Part shown: positions 15,838-25,263 of the stretch, in pieces
Layout of the letters: every line of letters begins with the position of its first letter
Position numbering within the stretch: the first letter of the stretch is position 1
Origin: Candidatus Brocadiia bacterium
GTDB lineage: Bacteria; Planctomycetota; MHYJ01; JACQXL01; JACQZI01
Assembly (NCBI GenBank): GCA_020051675.1
Contig: JAGVQN010000103.1
Span: 1-42,693, forward strand
DNA length: 42,693 nucleotides
Direction of reading: 5' to 3'
Program-made: the position numbers and the translations under genes
The notes under the pieces: generated by a model
Seen by the model: the letters and a program-made list of their open reading frames with translations, nothing else
The model's database searches: none
What the model was told of the DNA's origin: nothing

Positions 15838-16395
15838 CTACTCGGTTTTTGGCTCTTCTTCCGGAGTTTTGTTTTCTTCAGCTGGTTTATTTTCTTCTTT
15901 TAGGGTATCCGTTGGGTTGTCTTTTGCCGGCTCGGGTGATTTATTTTCTTCAGTCGCTTTTTCCGTATCTTTGGGCTGGGCGGCATCTGATTTCTTGCCC
16001 GCAGGTTTATCTCCGGCCTGTGCCGGTTTCTGAACAAGGCTAAATACGTAAAAGAACATCCCGATAGCCAAAAACGCGACCAGGGAGCCTACGTATAATA
16101 AAGGTTCCGGCTTTGGTTTCGGTTTAGGGGGTTCTTTTATCTGGGAAGACCGTTTTATTTGTGATGCCCTCATCGGCTGAACCGTGCTCGGCCGGCGTAC
16201 AGTCTGAGATTCGGCCGGGGATTCTTCGGGGAGAGATTCGGGTGCCGGTTTTTGTGCATCCATTACCGGTATCATTTCCCCACTCCTGACCACTCCGAAT
16301 ACCTTCTGGCACTTGCCGCATTTCAGTTTAGTGCCTTCCGGTACTTTTTCGATATCAAATTTAGAATCGCAAATCGGGCATTCAACTAATTTCAT
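15838..16395 (-). CDS. Zinc-ribbon (MJ0042-type) membrane protein with a disordered K/E/P-rich C-terminus
   Basis: N-terminal CPICDSKF...CGKCQKVF, TM LLYVGSLVAFLAIGMFFYVFSLV, and a low-complexity tail. Confidence 0.65.
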   Translation of the reverse strand: MKLVECPICDSKFDIEKVPEGTKLKCGKCQKVFGVVRSGEMIPVMDAQKPAPESLPEESPAESQTVRRPSTVQPMRASQIKRSSQIKEPPKPKPKPEPLLYVGSLVAFLAIGMFFYVFSLVQKPAQAGDKPAGKKSDAAQPKDTEKATEENKSPEPAKDNPTDTLKEENKPAEENKTPEEEPKTE

Positions 16396-16463
16396 AGGTT
16401 TTCCCCCTTTACTTAAGATTTATTCATTATATATCGGTCCTTCTTTAAAATCAAGTAAAATAT

Positions 16464-17495
16464 TCAGTTATTAAACAGATTTTCCCCTTTGTGGATTAAC
16501 TCCTGATGATACATCTGATATGCCGTCCGGATGGCATATTGCATAGAGTTTTTATTTGCTATGCCTTTTCCGGCAATATCAAATGCGGTTCCGTGCATTA
16601 CCGATGTTCGGATAAAAGGGAGCCCCAACGTAATATTAACCCCCTTGTAAGGCTCTAATGTTTTTAACGGAGCCAATCCCTGATCGTGGTAAAGCGCGAT
16701 GACCGCATCGAATTCTTTTTCTATAGCCCGGCGGAATACCGTATCAGCCGGAAACGGCCCCGAACAGTTTATTTTAGCCTTGCGGGCTGTTTCTAATGCC
16801 GGTAAAATAATGGTTTTTTCTTCCTGCCCTAATATTCCCCCTTCGCTGGCATGGGGATTCAGCCCACACACCGCAATCTTGGGGTTTACCATGCCAAAAT
16901 ACTTCTTTAACCCGGCGTTACAGGTTTCTATGGTGGAAATGATATTCGGTGCGGTTAAATGTAATGGTACTTTCCGGTATGCCAGATGGGTGGTAAGCAA
17001 TGCCACTTTTAATTTGTCCGTTACGAATAGCATCACCGGATATTTAGCCCTTGTTTGCTGGGCGATAAATTCCGTATGGCCGGTAAATCTGGCGCCGGCG
17101 GCGCTTATTGCTTGTTTGCTTACCGGAGCGGTTACCAGCACGTCCACTTCTTTATTAAGAGCCAGGCTGACTCCCGCTTTAAGCGCTTCTAATGCCATAC
17201 GTCCGTTGGTTTTAGAGTGATTGCCGGTTACGTAATCGACATCAGCGCCAGCTTTAGGCTCTATCAGATAAACAGTTCCCTCCTTATCCGCGATATCTTT
17301 TATACGGGAAGCCTTTTTATAATTAAACTTCTCTCCGAGAGCCCGGGCTGTTTTATTAAAGACTTCTTCCATTCCGATCAGCACATAGACAGCCGGTATT
17401 TTCTTATCGGGACAGGCAAGTGACTTTATTATTACTTCGGGTCCGATTCCGCCTGGGTCGCCCATGGTAATCGCAATTTTGAAGATATTACTCAT
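16464..17495 (-). CDS. pdxA: 4-hydroxythreonine-4-phosphate dehydrogenase
   Basis: ITMGDPGGIGPEV, HTEF, and the C-terminal IRTSVMHGTAFDIAG pattern typical of PdxA. Confidence 0.85.
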   Translation of the reverse strand: MSNIFKIAITMGDPGGIGPEVIIKSLACPDKKIPAVYVLIGMEEVFNKTARALGEKFNYKKASRIKDIADKEGTVYLIEPKAGADVDYVTGNHSKTNGRMALEALKAGVSLALNKEVDVLVTAPVSKQAISAAGARFTGHTEFIAQQTRAKYPVMLFVTDKLKVALLTTHLAYRKVPLHLTAPNIISTIETCNAGLKKYFGMVNPKIAVCGLNPHASEGGILGQEEKTIILPALETARKAKINCSGPFPADTVFRRAIEKEFDAVIALYHDQGLAPLKTLEPYKGVNITLGLPFIRTSVMHGTAFDIAGKGIANKNSMQYAIRTAYQMYHQELIHKGENLFNN

Positions 17496-17546
17496 AAATA
17501 ATATTTTCTCATTTAATGAGACAGTGAGAATGAGCTATTGCCCCGC

Positions 17547-17993
17547 TCAACTTTGTTTCGGGGACACCCCATTAGCGGGAGTTTCCGCAGGGGTGGGTGC
17601 GCTTAAAATAAAGGTTTCGTTTGTGCCTAACCTGATCTCGTACGGCTGTTGTTTTATGTTAGTAATTACCTTCCGGGTAATCCGTTCGTATTTCTTCTCA
17701 CCGCTGTCGGCAGGCTTTAGCGCAACGTATGTCCCATTAGTGGAAAGGTCTTTCAGCTCCACCGTTTGCCAATTATAAAATCCGATACGCAGGTGTTTTC
17801 TGGAAATGCTTAAAATCGCCTCGTTTTTCAGGTCTTCCGGTTTAAGCTCTTTATATTTAGGGCAGCGCCTCAGGCTTATATCCGCCAGCCGGCTTCTCCC
17901 GATGGTGGCCAGTTGCCCGTAATTAATCTGGAAAGTTTCCCCTTCCGCGATTCCTTTAATACCATCAAATATTAATTGTTCGGTATCCGGCAT
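17547..17993 (-). CDS. FHA domain protein
   Basis: IGRS...ISRKHLRI...DLSTNGTYV core FHA motifs. Confidence 0.75.
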   Translation of the reverse strand: MPDTEQLIFDGIKGIAEGETFQINYGQLATIGRSRLADISLRRCPKYKELKPEDLKNEAILSISRKHLRIGFYNWQTVELKDLSTNGTYVALKPADSGEKKYERITRKVITNIKQQPYEIRLGTNETFILSAPTPAETPANGVSPKQS

Positions 17994-18002
17994 AGCTAAT
18001 CA

Positions 18003-18761
18003 TTATCCCTTTACGATTTCCGCCATGATATTATCTGGGATATCGAAATTGGCGTAGACGTTCTGGACATCGTCATGGTCTTCCAGCGCTTCGACCAGTT
18101 CGACCAGTTTCCGGCCGTCTTCTTTATCGTTAACCGGGACATAATTTACCGGCTGGTAAACGATTTCGCCGGTTTTCAGCTCGAATCCTTTTGCTTTGAG
18201 CACTTTCTTTACGGCGTCAAAATCCTTCGGGTCGCAGGTGATTTCAAAGATATCGCCGGCAAGTTCGGCATCGCTCGCGCCGGCTTCTAAGGCCGCGGTC
18301 AAAACAGCGTCTTCCTGATTGGAACCTTTCGGGATAACGAAAAACCCCTTGCGTTCGAACATGCGCCTGACCGAATTTACCTCTCCCAAACGCCCGCCCT
18401 TTGTTTCAAAGACCTTGCGTATTTCGGAAACAGTCCGGTTGCGGTTATCGGTTAACGCCTCCGCCATAACGGCCACTCCGGCTTTGCCGAAACCTTCATA
18501 CATCACGTCTTCCAGTTTAGAGCCTTCCTGGTCGCCGCCCGCCCCTTTTTTGATTGCCCGGTCGACGTTATCCCTGGGCATATTCACCTCGCGGGCTTTG
18601 TCCATCGCATATTGCAATTTGATGTTGTTGGCCGGGTCTGCCCCGCCTTCGCGTGCCGCCAGCATTATTAATTTGGCTACTTTAGAAAACATTTTGCCTT
18701 TTTTGGCATCGCTTGCTTGCTTTTTATGTTTGATTGTTGCCCAATGTGAATGTCCTGACAT
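18003..18761 (-). CDS. yebC: YebC/PmpR-family transcriptional regulator
   Basis: MSGHSHWATIKHKK start. The ORF opens two codons earlier, at 18767. TTGACA-18-TATAAT lies upstream on the minus strand. Confidence 0.9.
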   Translation of the reverse strand: MSGHSHWATIKHKKQASDAKKGKMFSKVAKLIMLAAREGGADPANNIKLQYAMDKAREVNMPRDNVDRAIKKGAGGDQEGSKLEDVMYEGFGKAGVAVMAEALTDNRNRTVSEIRKVFETKGGRLGEVNSVRRMFERKGFFVIPKGSNQEDAVLTAALEAGASDAELAGDIFEITCDPKDFDAVKKVLKAKGFELKTGEIVYQPVNYVPVNDKEDGRKLVELVEALEDHDDVQNVYANFDIPDNIMAEIVKG

Positions 18762-18866
18762 ATGCACCTCCCTGTAAATTTAATCCGAAAACAATATTAT
18801 AAACCAATCAGGCGATAATTGTCAAGATTAACTGGTTGATAACCGAGATTGAAAAACAGGCGAATA

Positions 18867-19304
18867 TTATTCAGGAGGAACCCTCTCCAAAACGTAAATA
18901 ACCTGTTCTTTGGAGCCGAGTTGCTTTAGTTCGCGGGCGGTTTTGTCTTCCCAGCGGACGTCTATCACGACCTTGCTTTCTTGCCCGTATTTCTTGCACC
19001 GGCCGCCGGTATCATCCGCGGTCCGGATGCCCACGCCCGGTATTAAAACTACGGAACCGTAAGGAATGAGCGTCGGATCAACCGCAATGCCTTTGTCATT
19101 TTTGGCGGAGGTATTAAGCGCTGTTTTTCCTTTCCACCTTTTTTCCAGTTTTTCCTTCCAGCAATAATGCGTTACCAGCGCCTTAACCGGTTTCCAGACG
19201 TATTTAGCTTCCCTGTCGCCTGTTTTCTTTTCCGCCATCAGTATGTAGACGCCGGGTGAAAAGATTATTATTAACGCTATTACGATAACCAGCCACTTTT
19301 TCAT
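18867..19304 (-). CDS. 3D-domain (MltA-like fold) membrane-anchored protein
   Basis: IAVDPTLIPYGS...RTADDTGG. The likely start is MKKWLVIVIALIIIF at 19304. The ORF opens at 19343. Confidence 0.7.
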   Translation of the reverse strand: MKKWLVIVIALIIIFSPGVYILMAEKKTGDREAKYVWKPVKALVTHYCWKEKLEKRWKGKTALNTSAKNDKGIAVDPTLIPYGSVVLIPGVGIRTADDTGGRCKKYGQESKVVIDVRWEDKTARELKQLGSKEQVIYVLERVPPE

Positions 19305-19380
19305 ATAAGCAGATACCATAACAAATGCCTTAAGAATTGTCAAGCGAAATTTTCAATGATAGCGGATATTTTTATTTGGT

Positions 19381-20970
19381 TTACGGGGTGGTTTTATCGA
19401 CAAAAATCCCGCCGGTCACCTCGGCTAAGCTTCTCAGGAAGTTGATATCCGGCAATCCATCCTTTGCCTGTACCTGGGGAGGGACTCCTTTGGAAGAGCC
19501 GACTCCGACCGTGTTTATCTTTATTTTCCTGGTTTCGTTAATCTTTTTTAGTTCGCTTACGATTGTCGGCCGGTCGGTTATTTTTCCCGCGGTCGGCACG
19601 CCGTCGCTTACCAGGAAAATCGTATCCGCGCCGCCGCTTCCTGCGGAAACGTATCCGCTTTTGTCAATGGTTACTGTCTTGTTTTTACCCGAGCCCTGCT
19701 CGTTTAGCTTATAAGCTGTTTCCAGCGCGTCAAAAGTCGCTGTATTTCCGTTCGGCAGCTGCTTATCTATTTCCTGTATCGCTTCCAGCTTGTTTGCCGC
19801 CGTTGCCGGGATGAGCGATTCTTTCCATGGTATCACCCCGCTGTGGAAAAATATTATCGTGAAGTAAACGGAAGAATCAATATTGTAAATCGTATTAATC
19901 AATTCCCTTTTTGCCGCTTCAATCCTTTTGGAGATAGTCCGTTTGTCTATTTCTTCTTTCTTGTTTTTCAGCTCTTCCGCTAATTTATCGTCGGCCGGCT
20001 TGCCGTCTTTGCCCGTGAATCTCGGCTTAAGCTGTTTCTTCTTGCTTTCCTCGTCTTCCGTCCATTCGGCGCCCCAATCCATGCTTCCGGAAATGTCCAG
20101 GATGAAAACAATCCGGGTTGAAGTGACCTTTACCCCGTAGTAAACCGCCGTATAACTGGCATCCTCGTCCGGATTTGAGGGGTTGGCTTCCGTTCCCTGT
20201 TTCTTTTTATTCCACCAGGACATCCAGGCAGAGCCCTGTAATCCGCAATCGACCCCGGTCAGCTTTTTTAAGACTGATGCCACCTCATCCCTGGGCCGTC
20301 CCTCGAGGTTTTTCCCCATTAATGCCTGAATCAGCGGCTCGATTAGCGATTGGTCATTCAGTTTATTCAAATATTCGGTGACGGCGATTTTTACTTCCCA
20401 TATTTCTTCCGAATTAAGCAGTTTACAAGCCGATTCCGCGCCTTCCCGCGCGCCCAGCGAGCCGAGCGCATCGAAAACCGCCAGCTTGATTTTAGGGCTT
20501 TTGTCTTCAATCAGTTCGACCAGCGCCGTTACTTTCTTGGGGGAGGGTATCCCGCCCAGGCCTTTTATTATGTTAAAGCGGGCTCGCCAGTTCAAGCCGG
20601 CGTTCTTGGCGTGTTTTATCAGCTTCTCAACCGCCTTTTCCGTGGTGATTTTCCGAAGGCCCTGCACGCAGGCATCAATAATGTTTGCGTCTATCCTGTC
20701 CTCGAATTTGTTGTTTGCCAGGTTGATTTCATCGGCAATGATTTTTACCAATAAATCAACCGCTTCTGATTCTGCCTCCGGATAGAGCGCATCGGCCAGC
20801 CCCTGGACAGCCCGGAGCCTTTCCCCGTGCTTCTTGCTGTTGTTATTGGCCTGGAAATCCTGCTTGGCTTGTGCCCATTTGGCTTTATCCTGCGCGTTGC
20901 CAGGTTGCGAAAGGACGAAGATGCTTAGAAAAACCGTTATCGCCAGGATGCTTTTATGGAGAGATGGCAT
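19381..20970 (-). CDS. Secreted HEAT-repeat plus von Willebrand factor A (VWA) domain protein
   Basis: Signal peptide, HEAT-like helical repeats in the N-terminal half, and a MIDAS-type VFILDISGSM motif. Confidence 0.7.
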   Translation of the reverse strand: MPSLHKSILAITVFLSIFVLSQPGNAQDKAKWAQAKQDFQANNNSKKHGERLRAVQGLADALYPEAESEAVDLLVKIIADEINLANNKFEDRIDANIIDACVQGLRKITTEKAVEKLIKHAKNAGLNWRARFNIIKGLGGIPSPKKVTALVELIEDKSPKIKLAVFDALGSLGAREGAESACKLLNSEEIWEVKIAVTEYLNKLNDQSLIEPLIQALMGKNLEGRPRDEVASVLKKLTGVDCGLQGSAWMSWWNKKKQGTEANPSNPDEDASYTAVYYGVKVTSTRIVFILDISGSMDWGAEWTEDEESKKKQLKPRFTGKDGKPADDKLAEELKNKKEEIDKRTISKRIEAAKRELINTIYNIDSSVYFTIIFFHSGVIPWKESLIPATAANKLEAIQEIDKQLPNGNTATFDALETAYKLNEQGSGKNKTVTIDKSGYVSAGSGGADTIFLVSDGVPTAGKITDRPTIVSELKKINETRKIKINTVGVGSSKGVPPQVQAKDGLPDINFLRSLAEVTGGIFVDKTTP

Positions 20971-21118
20971 TTTTCGGGACTCCTTCCTTTAGCGTAATTA
21001 TAATTTTCGGCGCTGTATTAGTCAACTAATTTTCTCTTGCCGCCCGGATAATAATAGAACAAATTCTGAAACGCTTTTATTCCCGATTTATTTCTGTTTA
21101 AATAGTCGGCAATAAGAT

Positions 21119-21147
21119 TTGACTTTAGCCGAATAGTTCAATATACT
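21119..21147 (+). promoter_or_regulatory. sigma70-type promoter TTGACT-17-TATACT only 9 nt from the aminotransferase ATG
   Basis: The sequence ttgactttagccgaatagttcaatatact is followed by gattataac and then the ATG at 21157. No Shine-Dalgarno sequence is present. Confidence 0.55.
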
Positions 21148-21156
21148 GATTATAAC

Positions 21157-22293
21157 ATGAACTTCAACGAAACCAAATACATAAACTGGGTCAGGGAAAA
21201 CATAAAAAGCGGGGTGGATTATCCTTTGGTCGTGAGCGGCATCCGCGATATCCCTTTAAGCGAACTTACCAAGCTCGGCTTTTCTTTAAAGGATATCGAA
21301 ACCAAAGGTTCGTATGCGGATTTTGATGGTTTTGCCAGACTTAAGGAAGAAATTGCCTGCCGTTACCGGGTAAAGCCTGCCAATGTCACTTTAGCCGCCG
21401 GCGCCAGCATGGGGATGTTTCTTCCTTCGATTGCGCTCTTAAATCCGGGTGATGAGGTTATCGTGGAAGAGCCCTGTTATCCGCCGCTTCTCAATATTCC
21501 TTTAGGTTTGGGTTGCCGTGTAAAAAGGCTTTCCCGCCCTTTTGAAAACGGATTCCAGCCGGATATTGCCCAGCTGAAGAAATTATTAACCAAACAGGTC
21601 AAGCTTATTTATCTTACTAATCTGCATAATCCAAGCGGGGCAAGAATTTCGCAGGATGATATGTATAAAATAGCTAAGCTTGCCGGGCGGGTTGGCGCTT
21701 ATGTTATCTCCAACGAGATTTATATGGAGTATCTAGGAAAGAATTCCCCTGCACCGGCGTTTAAATTGTCAGATAATGTCATTACCATAGCAAGCCTGAC
21801 TAAGGCATACGGCTTGGGCTGGGTCAGGGCGGGCTGGGTCTTGAGCACGCCGAAATTAGCCAGCCTTTTTAACCGGATTATTGTTTATCTCGTCGGGCAG
21901 AATTCATATCCATCGGAAAAGATGGCGCTCTTTGCTTTCCGTAAGATTAAATATCTGCAAAAATATACGGATACCCTTATCTCAACGAATCTGGCAATAC
22001 TTAAAGACTGGATGGAATCCGAAGAGAAATTGGAATGGGTGGAGCCGGCCGGCGGGGCAATCTGTTTCCCGCGCTTACCGCGAGGGATAAAAGCGATGGA
22101 TTTCGTGGCGCATCTCAAAAAGAAATACAGCACTCTGGTCGCGCCGGGTGAGTTTTTTAGCGAAGCATCCCTGAGCTTGCGAAGGGACGGAGAAGCGAGT
22201 CACTTCCGCTTGGGATTCGGTGTCAAAACCGAAATCCTGAAAAAGGGTTTAAAGCGTATCAGCCAAGCGTTAAGGACGTTTAAACCGAGATAA
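21157..22293 (+). CDS. Class I/II PLP-dependent aminotransferase
   Basis: LTNLHNPSG, and SLTKAYGLGWVRAGW carrying the candidate PLP lysine. 378 aa. Confidence 0.75.
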   Translation: MNFNETKYINWVRENIKSGVDYPLVVSGIRDIPLSELTKLGFSLKDIETKGSYADFDGFARLKEEIACRYRVKPANVTLAAGASMGMFLPSIALLNPGDEVIVEEPCYPPLLNIPLGLGCRVKRLSRPFENGFQPDIAQLKKLLTKQVKLIYLTNLHNPSGARISQDDMYKIAKLAGRVGAYVISNEIYMEYLGKNSPAPAFKLSDNVITIASLTKAYGLGWVRAGWVLSTPKLASLFNRIIVYLVGQNSYPSEKMALFAFRKIKYLQKYTDTLISTNLAILKDWMESEEKLEWVEPAGGAICFPRLPRGIKAMDFVAHLKKKYSTLVAPGEFFSEASLSLRRDGEASHFRLGFGVKTEILKKGLKRISQALRTFKPR

Positions 22294-22465
22294 AAAAAGG
22301 GGTATCGGAACAGGCAGGTTCTATGAATTACGGGCAAATTTAAAATTTTATTTCCTCTTTATACTCTGCCGCTATATAATACTCACGACCATATCAAGTT
22401 TTCCCCATCCAGATCCTTTGGTTCACCACGAGTGACTTAGCTGATTCGGTAAAGGTTCCGTTAAG

Positions 22466-23731
22466 TTAGGGCTGCTTATCCGGCATATTAAACGCCGGTG
22501 ACAGAATAAGCAAGGCGTACGCGGTGCCGTAGGCTTTGTAATAGTTATACAACGGATAGTCCCACCAGGAACCGTCTTTTTCCTGGCAGGGCAGGATCGT
22601 CCTTGCCAGCGCCTGCCAATAAGGTTTTTGTTCTTCCGCAGGCAATTCCGCAATGACCTCTGATGCATAGAAATGCCCGAAGAAGAAATAATATCCGGAC
22701 GTGGCATACCATGATTCATGCGGAGAAGGGCGGTATTTCCCGGCTTCCATAAAGTGATGCTCCTTGAACATCCAATCAAGCCCGAGTTTTAAATCCGCCA
22801 GCGTTACCTCATCTTTATAGCGAAAAAGGGCAAGATTGCAGGGTTGGGAACGGCCCAGAGAGCCTTTGGGTCGGTTGACATGCCATGCCGGATACAAACG
22901 GCTGTCAGTCCCATAACTATAACTCTTTTCCGGAGTGCGCATCCGTTTAAGGCATTTTACGGCTGATGAAATAGTGCCGGGCGAAACCGTTAAGCCTGCC
23001 TTTTGCGCATCCCAAAACGCGCACAAAGCCGCGCCGGTCATGAAACTTGTCGATTCAAAGCCCGGAGGCTTTTGATAGCCATAACCGAAATCATAATAAC
23101 CAAACCCGCCGTCGGCGTATTGCATATGCTGTAACATGCGCAGCCACTTATTCGCCGAATCGACAAGCTCTTTTCTGGGGATATCCAAACCCTCATAGAC
23201 AGTCGCCCTGGAAAGGCACTGTGTAACGTAGAGCAAAGCCCAGGTATGATACAAAACATCCGGTGTCGAACGGCACTCAGGCGGTTGCTTCATCAGGAAG
23301 CGAATCCCTTTAGTCAAGGCTGCACGCCGTTCTGTTTCCTTTCCGGCGCAATCTTTCATCAGCGCCATGCAGCAAAGCGCGCTGGTGGCATTGCGAAAGG
23401 CATCAAATGAGGCAATCGTCCCCAGGTAAATTATTTCATAAGGGAAATCAAAAGAGCCCCAGGAGCCATCCGGATTCTGCGTCTTAAGCAGATAATCGGT
23501 CCCTCTATCCAGGGCGCGCTTGATATCTTTGGATGAAGCGGAAACAGACTCATCAAAAGCCGAGCCGATACGGATAGTCCTCTCACCGGCGCAGGAGACA
23601 ACCAGGGACAAAGCCAGCAAAACTGCAATTAACCGCAACTTCAGCACGAAGCTCAAGCTTCGACTCCCGTAGCAACGGGAATTACATTTTATTCTTATGC
23701 CTAAGATACGATTCAATCCTAAATTTCGCAT
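22466..23731 (-). CDS. Secreted/lipoprotein prenyltransferase-squalene cyclase repeat (alpha/alpha toroid) protein
   Basis: Lipobox-like LSLVVSCAG. Repeats QNPDGSWG, QYADGGFGYY and QEKDGSWWDY. Confidence 0.65.
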   Translation of the reverse strand: MRNLGLNRILGIRIKCNSRCYGSRSLSFVLKLRLIAVLLALSLVVSCAGERTIRIGSAFDESVSASSKDIKRALDRGTDYLLKTQNPDGSWGSFDFPYEIIYLGTIASFDAFRNATSALCCMALMKDCAGKETERRAALTKGIRFLMKQPPECRSTPDVLYHTWALLYVTQCLSRATVYEGLDIPRKELVDSANKWLRMLQHMQYADGGFGYYDFGYGYQKPPGFESTSFMTGAALCAFWDAQKAGLTVSPGTISSAVKCLKRMRTPEKSYSYGTDSRLYPAWHVNRPKGSLGRSQPCNLALFRYKDEVTLADLKLGLDWMFKEHHFMEAGKYRPSPHESWYATSGYYFFFGHFYASEVIAELPAEEQKPYWQALARTILPCQEKDGSWWDYPLYNYYKAYGTAYALLILSPAFNMPDKQP

Positions 23732-23745
23732 GGCTTAATCCTTGG

Positions 23746-25236
23746 TTAAGGAAACACAAGTTCATCGCCCGTTGCAATCCCGTAAAGGATTATCGTATTA
23801 TTATTATCTGACATGCCGGCAAAAACCTCCTGTTCGGAGACGGCATCGTCTTTTTTGACCTTGACAAACACTTTGCCCTTGCGCTCTATAAGCAGCTTTG
23901 AAGGTATCATTATCACGCCTTCAAACGCCTTAAAGTCCAGCTTGACGGTACAACTTAATCCGGGCTGCAATCGCCGAAGGTCAGCTTCTTCAAGTTTAAG
24001 GCAGGTTGAATACTCCGCATCGCCGCCTTTTTTCCCGTCTGCCAAATCCGCTATCTGCGAAACCGCGGCATGGAAACTCCTGTCCGGCAAGGCATTGATA
24101 AGCACCAACCCCTTTAACCCGTTCTCCACCAGAAACCGGACGCTTTCCGGAACCGACACCATCACTCCGTATTTTTCAGGCGCATAAACCGTAAAGGCAA
24201 GCCGATCCGGTTTAACGCTATCGCCTTTTACGGGAATATCATCGAGTTCCTTGAAAATGGGCCTGTCGGAAACCAGGAGTTTCGTCAAATCGCCGTAGAC
24301 CAAAACTCCGCTTGAGCCGGCGGTAAGCGTGCATAAAGACAAGTCATTCTTAAGATGCTCCAAACGCTCCGTCTGCTCCCTCAACTCAAACTCCATATTG
24401 CCCAAAGACTCTTTTGACTTATCCGCGTTCATTGCGGTGCGTTTTTTCAGCAGCTCCAAATCCTCTTTTGCCCATTTCCCCTCATTAACCAGATCCTCCA
24501 GTTTTTTCGGATGTTCCACGTTGTGGCGGAAAGCCTGCTCCCTCTTGGAAAGCTCCAGGGAAATCTTGGATAATTCCACATCGCGCTTAGTTCGCTCGAG
24601 CACCAAATCCTTTGTCTTGGAGGCGATTTCGCTTTCCTCGTACATCTTAACCAATTGTTCCAGTTCTGTTATCTGGTCAGCCAGCCGCCCCTCGCTCCAT
24701 TTCATAGACAAGGCATCTCGATCCTTTTGCAAAGGCCATTCTATTTCGGTATAGTTTTTCAACTGTTCCTTAGCGCGCGCATAACGTATTTCAGCCCGCT
24801 CCAGGTCCTGGGCCGAATTCTTTTCATCCAATGGCAGGCGTTCTTTTGACTGGGCAAAGTCAAACTTCAGGTTGTCCAGCCGCTCAACCGTATTTTTTAT
24901 CTCCTTATCCAAAGGCTCTGTATCCAGCTTCAAAATAATATCACCGCTCTTCACCGACGTTCCCTGGGGGAGGATAGACTCAATCTTAAAGTCACCGCCA
25001 AATTCTTTCATCTCAATCTGCGGCAGGCACTTAAACTCCTGCGGCATAACCACTCCTTTCAGGGATAAATCAGGCTTAAAATCAGTTACGACTTTCACCT
25101 TATAAACCTGTGGACTATCCTTAGGCTCAACCTTCTCCTCGGCAAATCCAGCCAGCCCGCCTAACCCCAGCCAAACCAGAAAACATAGCCCTAGAAAGCG
25201 AAATAACCTTTGTTTACCTAACGAGATACATCTCAT
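23746..25236 (-). CDS. HlyD/membrane-fusion-protein-like periplasmic adaptor
   Basis: N-terminal anchor, lipoyl-like GTSVKSGDIILKLD, a long alpha-helical hairpin region, and C-terminal beta domains. Confidence 0.6.
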   Translation of the reverse strand: MRCISLGKQRLFRFLGLCFLVWLGLGGLAGFAEEKVEPKDSPQVYKVKVVTDFKPDLSLKGVVMPQEFKCLPQIEMKEFGGDFKIESILPQGTSVKSGDIILKLDTEPLDKEIKNTVERLDNLKFDFAQSKERLPLDEKNSAQDLERAEIRYARAKEQLKNYTEIEWPLQKDRDALSMKWSEGRLADQITELEQLVKMYEESEIASKTKDLVLERTKRDVELSKISLELSKREQAFRHNVEHPKKLEDLVNEGKWAKEDLELLKKRTAMNADKSKESLGNMEFELREQTERLEHLKNDLSLCTLTAGSSGVLVYGDLTKLLVSDRPIFKELDDIPVKGDSVKPDRLAFTVYAPEKYGVMVSVPESVRFLVENGLKGLVLINALPDRSFHAAVSQIADLADGKKGGDAEYSTCLKLEEADLRRLQPGLSCTVKLDFKAFEGVIMIPSKLLIERKGKVFVKVKKDDAVSEQEVFAGMSDNNNTIILYGIATGDELVFP

Positions 25237-25263
25237 AACACGCTCCTTCTTAATAACTTACTT

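Noticed and set aside
22423-22779. 118-aa minus-strand ORF overlapping the 3' end of the prenyltransferase-repeat gene in another frame
   Set aside because: It is an alternative frame of a supported gene. The translation is Arg/Cys-rich and junk-like.
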